A stretch of DNA of 63,260 bases, from the NCBI GenBank assembly GCA_034112285.1, contig JAWUVP010000083.1, positions 1 to 63,260 of the forward strand. Reading direction: 5' to 3'. The position numbers and the translations under genes are program-made. Shown piece by piece: positions 42,230 to 53,098 of the stretch; within the stretch, counting starts at the first letter, position 1; each line of letters opens with the position of its first letter. Source of the DNA: Gammaproteobacteria bacterium. Its GTDB lineage: Bacteria > Pseudomonadota > Gammaproteobacteria > JABDGN01. Under the pieces are notes generated by a model, which worked only from the letters and a program-made list of their open reading frames with translations, was not told the origin of the DNA and made no database searches.

Positions 42230-43546
42230 ATGCGATTCACCAAAATTTTTGAGTTGAGGGGCGTTAGGCCTGGCCAAGGCGGTACTGCCGCCGCGGCTGC
42301 GTCCGAAGAACACTCTGTAGCTGCGGTAGCGTTGCTGGTGCGAGAGGATGGCCGAGCTGAACTACGTTATTTTAGGTGTGATAACGCGGAAAGAATAACC
42401 GCGCTACGCCCTGGTGTTTATCCATTGTTTTTAAATCCAGATATTGTCTGGTTACAAGGGCTAAATGATGCTCACATTATTGATGCGGCTATGTCGCGAA
42501 ACGGCCGATATTTGCTGCTGGTTAGCTCGAATAAAATTTTTTATTACAACTTATCATCTGGCCAATTAATCTTGCCTATAGAAGGCCCCAGTATCGTCCA
42601 AAAGTTACAAGTATTGTGTGTAGAAAACATTAGAGAAGATGAGGCGTCAATTAGACAAAAAGCTGCGTATCTACCTCATAGTTTAGGCTGTAACTTTGGA
42701 TTCCTGAGGTATTCTAGTAAAGACTTACCTGAAGGGTTTAAACCAACTTGTTGTGCAATTGATGAGGCCGGCAATGGGATCTTAGGGGGTGAGGATGGCC
42801 TTATGGCTTGCGCCGCCGCCGGCGCTACTCTAAGTGCAATTAATAGATGTGACGCGGTCTACGCTTGTAGCTATAATTCTTACGATAACGTTTGGGCCTT
42901 TATGACAAAGTCTTGCGTTCTCACACTGACTCGCGACCCAGCGTTAACAACAATCTGGACGAACTTCGGTGCTCTACAGCAAGAGTATCACTACCCTGAA
43001 TTGGATAACCTAGCGCACCACTGTGCGGTTGGCGTTTTCAAGGATTATCTTATTATGTCTTTCCAGGGGCAACTCCAAGTTCTTAAAAGAAGCGTGGGAA
43101 AGCTCGCGCAGCAGATATGGGGCAAAGCGCTGCGGGTAAGCTGCATTAATGTTTATCCAGATGGAGCTGTAGACTTGGCTTGTATAACGAGTTATGGCAG
43201 CGAAAATCAAATTATCAGACCTGGGATTCTGGGATTTCACATCGACCCGTCTAGGTCAGAGCTGACTTTACACAAAGAATTTGGTAAAAATATATACCCC
43301 AATCAAACCGCGTTTGAGCAGTTCACACGGGGCTCTTTTTGTGATCTTAAGAAGCCTTATGTGCAAAATAGCGTTTTGTCTATAAGAGATAAAAATTTTA
43401 GCTATATTCTGTTTACTGGAAATGTAGCAGGTTGGGATGAGCCTTTTGATTCTTCTGATCATTCTATCCGTTTTACTGCCATTAAACGCTATTCAAGAAT
43501 GAGGGCTCGTAAGATTCTAATAACTTTTAAGCTATCGTTCGATTAA
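42230..43546 (+). CDS. Hypothetical protein (438 aa, no recognised motif)
   Basis: Long ORF with a good RBS (GAGGAACACA ATG). GC-rich Ala/Gly-rich N-terminal segment. The rest looks beta-rich. Confidence 0.55.
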   Translation: MRFTKIFELRGVRPGQGGTAAAAASEEHSVAAVALLVREDGRAELRYFRCDNAERITALRPGVYPLFLNPDIVWLQGLNDAHIIDAAMSRNGRYLLLVSSNKIFYYNLSSGQLILPIEGPSIVQKLQVLCVENIREDEASIRQKAAYLPHSLGCNFGFLRYSSKDLPEGFKPTCCAIDEAGNGILGGEDGLMACAAAGATLSAINRCDAVYACSYNSYDNVWAFMTKSCVLTLTRDPALTTIWTNFGALQQEYHYPELDNLAHHCAVGVFKDYLIMSFQGQLQVLKRSVGKLAQQIWGKALRVSCINVYPDGAVDLACITSYGSENQIIRPGILGFHIDPSRSELTLHKEFGKNIYPNQTAFEQFTRGSFCDLKKPYVQNSVLSIRDKNFSYILFTGNVAGWDEPFDSSDHSIRFTAIKRYSRMRARKILITFKLSFD

Positions 43547-43732
43547 ACGTTAATCTCCTTATTTCTATGACTGCTGCACCAATCAATATTTCATTACCTT
43601 CAGGCACAATATTTATAATAACAGACGTTTTGCATACCGGGTAATTAGCTGGGAGCACCATATCACTAAAGCTCTTTAAATTGTGCAAGGTCGGCTCAAA
43701 ACATGCTATATTCGCGCAAACAGGAAAAAAAC

Positions 43733-44902
43733 ATGCAACATCATTCACGTGCTTTATTAGCCCTCATTTTAGCCCCTTTCGTTTTTAGCTTTGCCTTTGC
43801 GCTCGATATCTACGTGCCAGTGGTGCCGCATATGCGCGCGGTGTTTCATGCGTCGCAATTTATGGTGCAAATGACCCTAAGCTTATTTTTGCTTGGCCTG
43901 GGGCTTGGCCAACTACTTATGGGGCCATTAGCCGACAAATATGGCCGTTGGAAAGTGCTTTTCATTTCGGCACTATTATTTAGCTTAACCAGCCTGATTT
44001 GCGCCTTATCAAACAGCATTATCACCATGCTCATTTCGCGTGTGTTTTGCGGAGTAGGGGCCTGTGGTTTATTAATTGTCTCCTTTGCCATTGTGCGCGA
44101 TTTGTATTCGGGTGACGAGAGTGCACAGCTTTATAGTTGGCTCAATGCCGCCATTGGCGTATCGCCTACCTTTGCCCCCATCATTGGCAGTTTGCTAGCC
44201 GCTGTTTGGGGATGGCGTGCCGTGTTCTGGTTTTTAGTGTTGATGGGAATAGTGGTTGCAATATTAATTTGTGCTTTTGTGCGTGAAACCTTGCCGGTTA
44301 GTAAACGGGTGCCGGTCGACAGACAGGTGTTCAAACGATATTTGACCTTATACAGTCATCGTACCTTCATTAAATATACCTTGTTTGCTAGCTTTGGTGT
44401 GGCGACGTGTTTTTCATTTTTTTCTGTTTCTCCATTTATTATTATCAATTTGCTGCACGTGCCAGAGATTCATTTTGGGCTTTATTTTGCGGTGTTTGGG
44501 GTGGTGTTAATTATTGGCGGTATATTAGCGGGTAAATTAAACGTTACAATTGGACTAGATAAAACAATTAACATTGGCTTAAGTTTATTAATGCTTGGTG
44601 GGGTTTTAATGCTAGCGACTAATCTTTTAATTGGTTTGCATCTATGGAGCTTTTTAATAACCATGGCTATTGCTTGTTGCGGCGCGGTGTTTTGCATTGG
44701 TGCAGGTGCTGCTGGGGCTATGGAGCCTTTTCCAAATATTGCCGCAACCGCAGCGGCAGCTTTTCAAGCGGGTGAGTTTTTAATTGCTGCTTTAATAGGG
44801 ACTATATTAATGCACTTTCCGGTCACTTCGAGTATTTCCTATGCGATTACGCTTATTATTATTTCGCTTCTAGGTGTGAGTGTAAAATACCTTACCAAGT
44901 AG
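43733..44902 (+). CDS. MFS multidrug efflux transporter, Bcr/CflA (DHA1) type
   Basis: LGQLLMGPLADKYGRWKV, SRVFCGVGACG and a 12-TM profile. Start taken at MQHHSRALL (43733). Confidence 0.8.
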   Translation: MQHHSRALLALILAPFVFSFAFALDIYVPVVPHMRAVFHASQFMVQMTLSLFLLGLGLGQLLMGPLADKYGRWKVLFISALLFSLTSLICALSNSIITMLISRVFCGVGACGLLIVSFAIVRDLYSGDESAQLYSWLNAAIGVSPTFAPIIGSLLAAVWGWRAVFWFLVLMGIVVAILICAFVRETLPVSKRVPVDRQVFKRYLTLYSHRTFIKYTLFASFGVATCFSFFSVSPFIIINLLHVPEIHFGLYFAVFGVVLIIGGILAGKLNVTIGLDKTINIGLSLLMLGGVLMLATNLLIGLHLWSFLITMAIACCGAVFCIGAGAAGAMEPFPNIAATAAAAFQAGEFLIAALIGTILMHFPVTSSISYAITLIIISLLGVSVKYLTK

Positions 44903-44905
44903 ACC

Positions 44906-46123
44906 TTAATCAGGCTTGATTTGCTTTTTTCGACCCGAGGCATGGCGCGCACGCAATTCAATATCAATGTAAAGGTCGGTAATGGCGCTTGAGCCATGGC
45001 CGGCATCATCGCGCACATGCTCGCGTGGGCGGTGTTTAACATCTTCAGATATACCCGTGTGGCGCAGCCAATGTACAGTGGCTGCACGTAATTCGTTGAC
45101 GTCTTCTTCCATTCCATCTTGTCGCATGCGCTCTATGGCTTTATCAAAACAATTTTGCACAATCAGACGAATTTGACGGGTGCTACTTAATGGGCCGTTA
45201 CCTCGATTTCTATATAATAGAAGGGTGGTTTCACCCGGGCTAGGCAAAGAGGGCATATCTAATGCTTGCCGGTAACGCTTTAACGCCTCAAGCATGGCAT
45301 TGCTCACGGTAATATTGCGTTCCTTATTGCCTTTGCCCACAGTTTTAAACCACCAACTTCCATCTTGATCACGAAAAAAATCACCCATGGTAGGCTGCCA
45401 TCGCTCTGAGGACGCGAGTTCAGATATTCTTAAATACATACCAAATAAGGCATTCATCATAAATAAAGTGCGTTCGTGCGCAGGGTCTACCTCGGCCATT
45501 TTTTCTGCCGTCTCAATCACATAACACCACTGTAGTTCTGACAAACGTCGAATGGCGGTTTGAGATTGATGCTTGCGAATAAATTTACTTTTTTGGCGCA
45601 TTTGTTGCACCGGATTAGCCAGCACATAATCTTCTTGAATTAAGTAATTAAAAAAACTGCTTAAAATAGCAAAAATAGCTTTTACTGCACTTTGCGAAAG
45701 AGAAAAGTTTTTAACCACAGCCCGTTTGCCTTCACTAAATTGCACTTTTGACACCGTGGCCACAAACGGGCGCCACGCAGAATTGGGGATGCGTCGGCCT
45801 TCTTTACTCAAAAAGCGGTCGCACTTTTGTGTTGCAATCCATTCTGGATAGGGGCGTTGGCAAAAGTAGATGTAATTTTCAATGTCTTGTTTTTTAAGCT
45901 CGCCTAAAGGCTTTTTAGCTATATGCTCACACCATTGCAATAAACGCTCAATTTCACGGCGATACGCATTAAACGTTGCCGAGCTACCGCGGTAACTGAA
46001 GATAAATGCTCCGGCGTGAGTAATATCGTCTTGATAAAGATAATCACTGGGAATACTCGCGGATTCACGATGGGCCAGCGTGTCAAACAAGGGGATAAGC
46101 TTGTTGGTCTTATTTGTACTCAC
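44906..46123 (-). CDS. Tyrosine-type site-specific recombinase/integrase
   Basis: N-terminal SAM-like core-binding region (FNAYRREIERLLQWC...). Catalytic-domain residues R (YLRISELAS), HWLRHTG and the final Y in AITDLYID. GTG start. Confidence 0.8.
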   Translation of the reverse strand: MSTNKTNKLIPLFDTLAHRESASIPSDYLYQDDITHAGAFIFSYRGSSATFNAYRREIERLLQWCEHIAKKPLGELKKQDIENYIYFCQRPYPEWIATQKCDRFLSKEGRRIPNSAWRPFVATVSKVQFSEGKRAVVKNFSLSQSAVKAIFAILSSFFNYLIQEDYVLANPVQQMRQKSKFIRKHQSQTAIRRLSELQWCYVIETAEKMAEVDPAHERTLFMMNALFGMYLRISELASSERWQPTMGDFFRDQDGSWWFKTVGKGNKERNITVSNAMLEALKRYRQALDMPSLPSPGETTLLLYRNRGNGPLSSTRQIRLIVQNCFDKAIERMRQDGMEEDVNELRAATVHWLRHTGISEDVKHRPREHVRDDAGHGSSAITDLYIDIELRARHASGRKKQIKPD

Positions 46124-46206
46124 AAAAAATTCCTTAATAACAATACGGAAATTATAACGGGTTATAAGCCCAGATGTCGTACATTTTTACATTTTTTCAA
46201 TCTTAG

Positions 46207-47366
<1,160 letters not shown>

Positions 47367-47367
<1 letters not shown>

Positions 47368-48215
47368 TGGCTGCGCAATTGGAGACACTGGCGAGCTTTA
47401 ATAGTTTTAAGGGTATCGTCAGCTATTATAGTCACGCGTCAGCAGCTACAAATTGTGAGATGACCTTTGCCGTTTATCTTCCTGCGCAGGCCAAGCAGGA
47501 AAGTGTGTCGGCGATTGTGTGGTTATCGGGCTTAACCTGTAACCATGAAAACTTTATCACTAAAGCCGGCGCGCAGCATTACGCCGACGAGCACGGTGTT
47601 ATGCTTATTATGCCCGACACCAGCCCACGCAATGTGAATATACCCGCAGCCGAACCCGATTATGACTTAGGCTATGGCGCAGGATTTTATGTGGATGCCA
47701 CCCAAGTGCCTTGGGCAAAAAACTTTAACATGTACGGTTATATTATTGATGAGCTCATTCCTCTTTGCCAACGAGAACTCCCCATCAAGCCTGGAAAAGT
47801 AGGCATTATGGGACATTCGATGGGTGGTCATGGAGCCATGGTGTTAGGCTTACGAAATCCTGCGCTATTTTCATCAATTTCAGCCTTTTCACCTATTTGC
47901 GCGCCGAGCCAAGTGCCTTGGGGTGATAAAATTTTTACGGCCTATTTAGGGGCTGAGCGCAAAGATTGGCTGGCCTATGATAGTTGTGATTTGATTGCAA
48001 AAGGGGCTGAGCATTTACCTTTAAGAGTAGAGCAAGGTGATGCCGACCAATTTCTTAATGAACAACTGCAACCTGAGCTATTACAAAAAGCCTGTGAGTC
48101 AGAAAATTACCCGCTGGATTATCATTTACGCAGGGGGTTTGATCATAGCTATTATTTTATTGCCAGTTTTATCGGTGAGCATATCGCCTTTCATGCGAAG
48201 CATCTCACTCGGTAA
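47367..48215 (+). CDS. frmB: S-formylglutathione hydrolase (esterase D)
   Basis: GLTCNHENF, GHSMGGHGA nucleophile elbow, DQFL and FDHSYYFI. TAATG overlap with frmA. Confidence 0.88.
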
Positions 48216-48310
48216 TATTAATAATTATACGATTTTCTAGCCCGTTTTGCGAGTACCGAAGTGACGCGGTCTCCCTGTGTGCCAGGATAGTTGTTGTCTT
48301 TTTCAGCATT

Positions 48311-48590
48311 CAATTACTTGGCAAAATTAGTGAGCTTTTGTTTGGTAAACGAATAATGGTTTCCCAGCGATAAGCGTCAATAATTCCTAATACCCCTTGG
48401 GTTACGCACAAGCCATCCATGAATAAGATGATATCAAGCCTTGGGAAATAGCCTTTTAATCTTTCAGTTGAATGCTCAAATGCCCCAGTTCACAGTTCTG
48501 CTTACCTCTATCACACTCAAGCGCATTATTTTCACAGTAGAGAAATTTAGACATTAGCGGCAAGGTTAAACCGTTGCCGGCTTCTGACAT
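48311..48590 (-). pseudogene. Frameshifted remnant of a DDE transposase
   Basis: The reverse strand gives MSEAGNGLTLPLMSKFLYCENNALECDRGKQNCELG. After a frame change it continues FEHSTERLKGYFPRLDIILFMDGLCVTQGVLGIIDAYRWETIIRLPNKS. The ..RL...FPRL.....DGL....V......W..II pattern recalls the second-D region of IS4-like transposases. No intact ORF. Confidence 0.4.
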
Positions 48591-48734
48591 TTGAGGCTGA
48601 ATTCTTATCGCTCCTCGCGTCATAATCGATTAAAATAGGGTAAATCTATATTATTTTAGCCCGACAATATTAGCTTCTTAAGACTCTGGAAGCCAGCGAT
48701 TTTGCGGTCTTCTAGATCGGTTCTTCCGAGCTGG

Positions 48735-49712
48735 CTAATCAAAACTGTCCTGCCACAGCCCTTCATAATTGGTAGTCGATAACCATTTCCTATATTCCAT
48801 GGCAACCAAATCATTTTTAGTTAATTGATTCATTAAGCTAATGTTTTTTTGACGATTATTATCCTGACCTACTAGCACCCGAGAATCTTCTTCATTAACT
48901 TTTGTAAGAATGAATTCCATAAAAAATTTTGCGATTGGAGTAGAGCTGATTTTAAAGGTAAGGGTGTCAAAGTCTGAATAAACGTAATGAAAAACTCGCG
49001 TCATATTTTTTTGGTAAGGCACTATAAAGAATAAAGCCACCATTTTCTTCTTATGTTTCAAAAACTCATAATGAATTAAGTTTGGATAGACAAACTTAAT
49101 ATTAGTAAACTTTATTTTCCCATGTTTTTTATGGTCCACCGTTACGTTAAAACCAGATTCCGTTTTTTCACCTAGTTGGAACTCCATGGCATTAAAGCGG
49201 AACAGCCTGTTCAGGGTGTTTTTATGCACAAATGGCACGTGTGATATATCAAGAATGTTTTCCAAATACAAATCAAATGGCGCTTGCACATCCCAAGAGT
49301 AGACAAGGGAATTTTTTTCTTTGCGATCAAATTCAATTTCATCATGACATTGTTCTTTGTCGCCAGCCCATATCCAAATAACATTATATTTTTCTACGCA
49401 AGGTAAGGCTGTAGCATTTGCTGCTTTAGGGATGGGGAGTGTTCCACCATCAAGGGATGGTATTTTACTGCAGACGCCCTTTTTTGCAAAGCACCAGTTG
49501 TGGTAAGCACAGGTTAACTCACCATGCCTAACTCGACCAAGTGATAGTGGCGCGCCTCTATGTGGACAATGATCTTCTAAGCAAGTGGCCATGCCATCTT
49601 TATCACGATACAAAACGAAGGCTTTATCAAAAAGGTAAATTTTTACTGTTTTATTGGCCTTCAGTTTTTTAGTTAATAATACAGGGTACCAATTTTGTTG
49701 AAAATCAAACAC
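48735..49712 (-). CDS. Rieske [2Fe-2S] non-heme-iron oxygenase
   Basis: Rieske motif CPHRGAPLSLG...CAYHNW (C-x-H...C-x2-H). Mononuclear iron motif NILDISHVPFVH (D-x2-H-x4-H). GTG start overlapping the upstream stop (TAGTG). Confidence 0.85.
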   Translation of the reverse strand: MFDFQQNWYPVLLTKKLKANKTVKIYLFDKAFVLYRDKDGMATCLEDHCPHRGAPLSLGRVRHGELTCAYHNWCFAKKGVCSKIPSLDGGTLPIPKAANATALPCVEKYNVIWIWAGDKEQCHDEIEFDRKEKNSLVYSWDVQAPFDLYLENILDISHVPFVHKNTLNRLFRFNAMEFQLGEKTESGFNVTVDHKKHGKIKFTNIKFVYPNLIHYEFLKHKKKMVALFFIVPYQKNMTRVFHYVYSDFDTLTFKISSTPIAKFFMEFILTKVNEEDSRVLVGQDNNRQKNISLMNQLTKNDLVAMEYRKWLSTTNYEGLWQDSFD

Positions 49713-51403
49713 TAGTCTTTTTTCCTTATGTTTTGAAATGGGATAAAGGGAGGTATATCATCTTGAGAAACCACTATCTCAATCACGAATGTTTTTTCAT
49801 TATTAGCAGCATAATTTTCAAGTGCTGTTTCAAGTTGCTTGGTCGTAACACACCGGTAACAAATTAGTTGCGGGGCATCGCACAAGCTTTGTACAGCCTG
49901 GGCAGGATGTACATCTGCATAGGTTGCACTAATCACTCTATTTTCGAAAAATAATTTTTGGCGAGTAGCACACATACCATGTTTATTGTTGTTGAATATA
50001 ATAAAGAGTATGGGTAACTTAAGTTCCACTGCGGTATGAATTTCAAAACCACTCATTAAAAATCCACCATCACCGACGAAGACAATTGAGCGCTGATCTT
50101 TGCTTGAATACAGTTGACCACCAATGGCCGCAGGTATGGCATAGCCCATATTACCCATTCCCAGAGCAATGAAGGTTTTCGTGTGATCAGAAAATTTCAG
50201 GTAATGTGCCGCAGTCGCAACACAATCACCAGCATCAAAATAGATATTATCCACTTTACTCACTGATGACTGGAGCTGATTTAAAATGGGGATGAGGTTA
50301 TGGTCACTGGCCACAATTTGTCGTTTGAATTTAGGAACGGTATTATCCCTTCCATTTTTGACTATAGATAGATTAGGTGATAGCTCCATCAGTGTATTTA
50401 AAATATGATTAGTCTCACCTTCAATAACATTATCTATATTAACAATACATTTCGCTAAACCAGCATCTTTACCAATATACACACAGTTGGTTTCATTCAT
50501 GCTATTACTAATGCCAAAAGTCGTCATCACGCTTAGGTCACACTCTATCGCTATGAATAAATCAACGTGTTTCTCTATATACTGATGCAAATCGGTATGA
50601 CCACAGATACCAACAAGACCAATATGTCTTGCATTATTTTGCAGACTGGCTCCAACATCTGCTAATGAGCTAGCAATAGAACAATTGTAATGATTGGAAA
50701 ATTTTTCTAGCACATTAGCATCTAATGAGAACTTCACATGTTTGCCAAGCAAAATCAATGGGTTATTTGCAGCTTCGAGCCGAGAATTAATCTGGTGATA
50801 CAGTTGGTTAGGCGTATTTAATTCTCTCTGCCGAAAATTATTGAGCTGGAACAAAGAGGTGTAGTCGGTAAGGTCGACTTCCATCGTAAATAAATCACTC
50901 GGTATCAACAACACGCCAGGTCCAAGACGTTTGTCAAAAATTGTGGTTAAGATATGTAGCATTGTTTGTTGAAAATCAGTTTTTGAGCTGATTTTCACAA
51001 CACATTTGCTGATTGATTCAAATAATTGCACAGCATTAACTGTATTTTTCGCTCCAGATGAATCTTGAAAAGCGCCCTTACCTTCAAGTCTGGTAGGAGG
51101 TTGCCCAATAATGGCAAGCAAGGGTACCCCATCAGCAAAAGCTTCTGCAATACCAACGGCAAGATTCATCATGCCACCACCAGAGGTTGCGCAACAAACG
51201 CCAAGTGTATTATGTGTTCTGGCTACGCCATCAGCCATAAAAGCGGCCGCGGATTCATGCTTTGCTAAAATAGCATCAATTTTACCATCACCCACACGAT
51301 ACATAGCATCATGAAAATGTTCAATATTTGCACCGCTGACGCCAAAAACATATCGTACCTGTAATGTTTTTAAAATTTCAACCAAGGCATCTGCTAGTAA
51401 CAT
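49712..51403 (-). CDS. Thiamine-diphosphate-dependent enzyme, acetolactate-synthase large-subunit-like
   Basis: N-terminal Pyr domain (ADALVEILKTLQVRYVFGVSGANIEHFHDAM). C-terminal ThDP motif GDGGF...(24 aa)...NNN (VGDGGFLMSGFEIHTAVELKLPILFIIFNNNKHG). RBS GAGGA. Confidence 0.85.
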   Translation of the reverse strand: MLLADALVEILKTLQVRYVFGVSGANIEHFHDAMYRVGDGKIDAILAKHESAAAFMADGVARTHNTLGVCCATSGGGMMNLAVGIAEAFADGVPLLAIIGQPPTRLEGKGAFQDSSGAKNTVNAVQLFESISKCVVKISSKTDFQQTMLHILTTIFDKRLGPGVLLIPSDLFTMEVDLTDYTSLFQLNNFRQRELNTPNQLYHQINSRLEAANNPLILLGKHVKFSLDANVLEKFSNHYNCSIASSLADVGASLQNNARHIGLVGICGHTDLHQYIEKHVDLFIAIECDLSVMTTFGISNSMNETNCVYIGKDAGLAKCIVNIDNVIEGETNHILNTLMELSPNLSIVKNGRDNTVPKFKRQIVASDHNLIPILNQLQSSVSKVDNIYFDAGDCVATAAHYLKFSDHTKTFIALGMGNMGYAIPAAIGGQLYSSKDQRSIVFVGDGGFLMSGFEIHTAVELKLPILFIIFNNNKHGMCATRQKLFFENRVISATYADVHPAQAVQSLCDAPQLICYRCVTTKQLETALENYAANNEKTFVIEIVVSQDDIPPFIPFQNIRKKD

Positions 51404-51416
51404 CGTGAATCCTCGG

Positions 51417-53081
51417 CTATAGCGTAATTGTTTTAAGAATGGATAAGCTTTCTTGTTTAAGATATTGCAATAGGAGCTGCTTTTTTATTTTTAAGGATGA
51501 TGTCATGGGTAATTGCTCAACAATAAAGATTTTTTTGACCCGTCCACTGGGCTCTAGCTCGACTTGGCGTACTTTAAAGGCTGCGGTTAACGAGTGGCTA
51601 TGTGCTTCTAGGTTTTTCAGATTGATTTTAAAATCTGGTGTAAGGATAGCGACAGCTACTATTTCTTCATCTATTTCATAAGGAATAATCGCGAGTTCTT
51701 TTATGCCTTCAATATCGGCATAAACCTCTTCTAATCGATTTAAAAAATATTTTTTACCATCCAATGCAACTAAAACATCCTGTTGCCGTCCCATGATTGT
51801 AATATTACCATCCACTATTTTTGCCAAATCCCCTGTTTTTAGCCAGCCATCAACAAGCACCTCATTCGTAGCACCAGGATTATTGAAATACCCCATCATT
51901 ACAGCCGGGCCTTTAATCCAAAAGAGACCAATATTGTCCTGATTAACTTCAGTCAACTTTGTTTGCAGACCTCGAAAAGGCGTTCTTTTTAAATGATTAT
52001 AATTCAGCACTAGCGTTTGACTAATAGCACAACCTCCAGTTTCAGTCATCCCCCAACCGTCAACAACAGGCAATCCTAATTTAAAAAAATATTTTTGTAG
52101 TGATACAGGGAGCGCAGAACCACCACTGAAAATCATCTTAACGCGCCCACCGAATTTTTTATGTACAGGATAAAAGACATACTTTCTAATATTGAATTTA
52201 TAAAATGTTATTTTTTCAGTAATACTGCACAAGCCAGATAGCACAAGAAAAATTGCTTTTTTAACAGTAGACTTTTCTAAGTTACTTTTTATCATTTCAG
52301 CATAGACTTTAAGTAATTTTGGCACAACAGGAAAAAGGCTTGGCTTAAAGGTACTGAAAAATTTACGCATCAGGTTGGGATTCATGTCATTAATAATACC
52401 AAGACGACCGCCATTTAAAAATATCATGAAGAAATTAATAGTAAATCCAGAAACATGATGGTTGGGGAAGAACCACATTACTTTCACTGTTTCAATCACT
52501 TTTTTAGGCATGAAATGACAGAGATTATGAGTCATGAATAGAATGTTTTTCGTGCTCAGCATAACACCTTTTGGGCTATTATTTGTGCCAGAAGTATGCA
52601 TGATTACGCTAGGCTTATTTGGTAAGTTAATATGTTGTGAATCGGTTATATTCACTCTAGGAAGTTGTGTGGCAGGATTAACAAAATCTACTAGATCAAT
52701 AAACGTCTCAATGCCTTTAAATGCTCGAAGCTCTGATCGTTTTTTTTGTGACACTAACGTATATTTCGGCTGCAAATCTGCTAGACATTGTTGCAATTGG
52801 TCAGATGGCATCTTCGAGTCGACAGGCGCTAAAATAGCATTAAGTTTAAGGCCAGCTAATAGACCTATGGTAAAATTAATACTGTTTTCAGTAAAAAAAA
52901 CAATAATATCTTGTGCTTGAACATAGGTAGATAGATGGTCACTTAGCGTGATCACCTTTTCTAATAACTGCCTATAGCTAATAGAAATAATGTCGCCATT
53001 AGACAGATATTCATCAATAGTTCTTTCAGGGTTATTGAGCATCACTTTTTCAAGTGCGGCGTACAAAACAGTTGAGCTCAT
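51417..53081 (-). CDS. Adenylate-forming acyl/aryl ligase (AMP-binding; fatty-acyl-AMP/CoA-ligase-like)
   Basis: A3-like HTSGTNNSPKGV, GWGMTETGG and WLKTGDLA motifs, with a C-terminal catalytic Lys region SSLKIKK. Confidence 0.85.
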   Translation of the reverse strand: MSSTVLYAALEKVMLNNPERTIDEYLSNGDIISISYRQLLEKVITLSDHLSTYVQAQDIIVFFTENSINFTIGLLAGLKLNAILAPVDSKMPSDQLQQCLADLQPKYTLVSQKKRSELRAFKGIETFIDLVDFVNPATQLPRVNITDSQHINLPNKPSVIMHTSGTNNSPKGVMLSTKNILFMTHNLCHFMPKKVIETVKVMWFFPNHHVSGFTINFFMIFLNGGRLGIINDMNPNLMRKFFSTFKPSLFPVVPKLLKVYAEMIKSNLEKSTVKKAIFLVLSGLCSITEKITFYKFNIRKYVFYPVHKKFGGRVKMIFSGGSALPVSLQKYFFKLGLPVVDGWGMTETGGCAISQTLVLNYNHLKRTPFRGLQTKLTEVNQDNIGLFWIKGPAVMMGYFNNPGATNEVLVDGWLKTGDLAKIVDGNITIMGRQQDVLVALDGKKYFLNRLEEVYADIEGIKELAIIPYEIDEEIVAVAILTPDFKINLKNLEAHSHSLTAAFKVRQVELEPSGRVKKIFIVEQLPMTSSLKIKKQLLLQYLKQESLSILKTITL

Positions 53082-53098
53082 GAGAAGGCTGTTTCCTT

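Noticed and set aside
43527-43748. 73-aa minus-strand ORF bridging the orphan gene and the Bcr/CflA MFS
   Set aside because: It overlaps the ends of two better-supported plus-strand genes, with no recognisable features.
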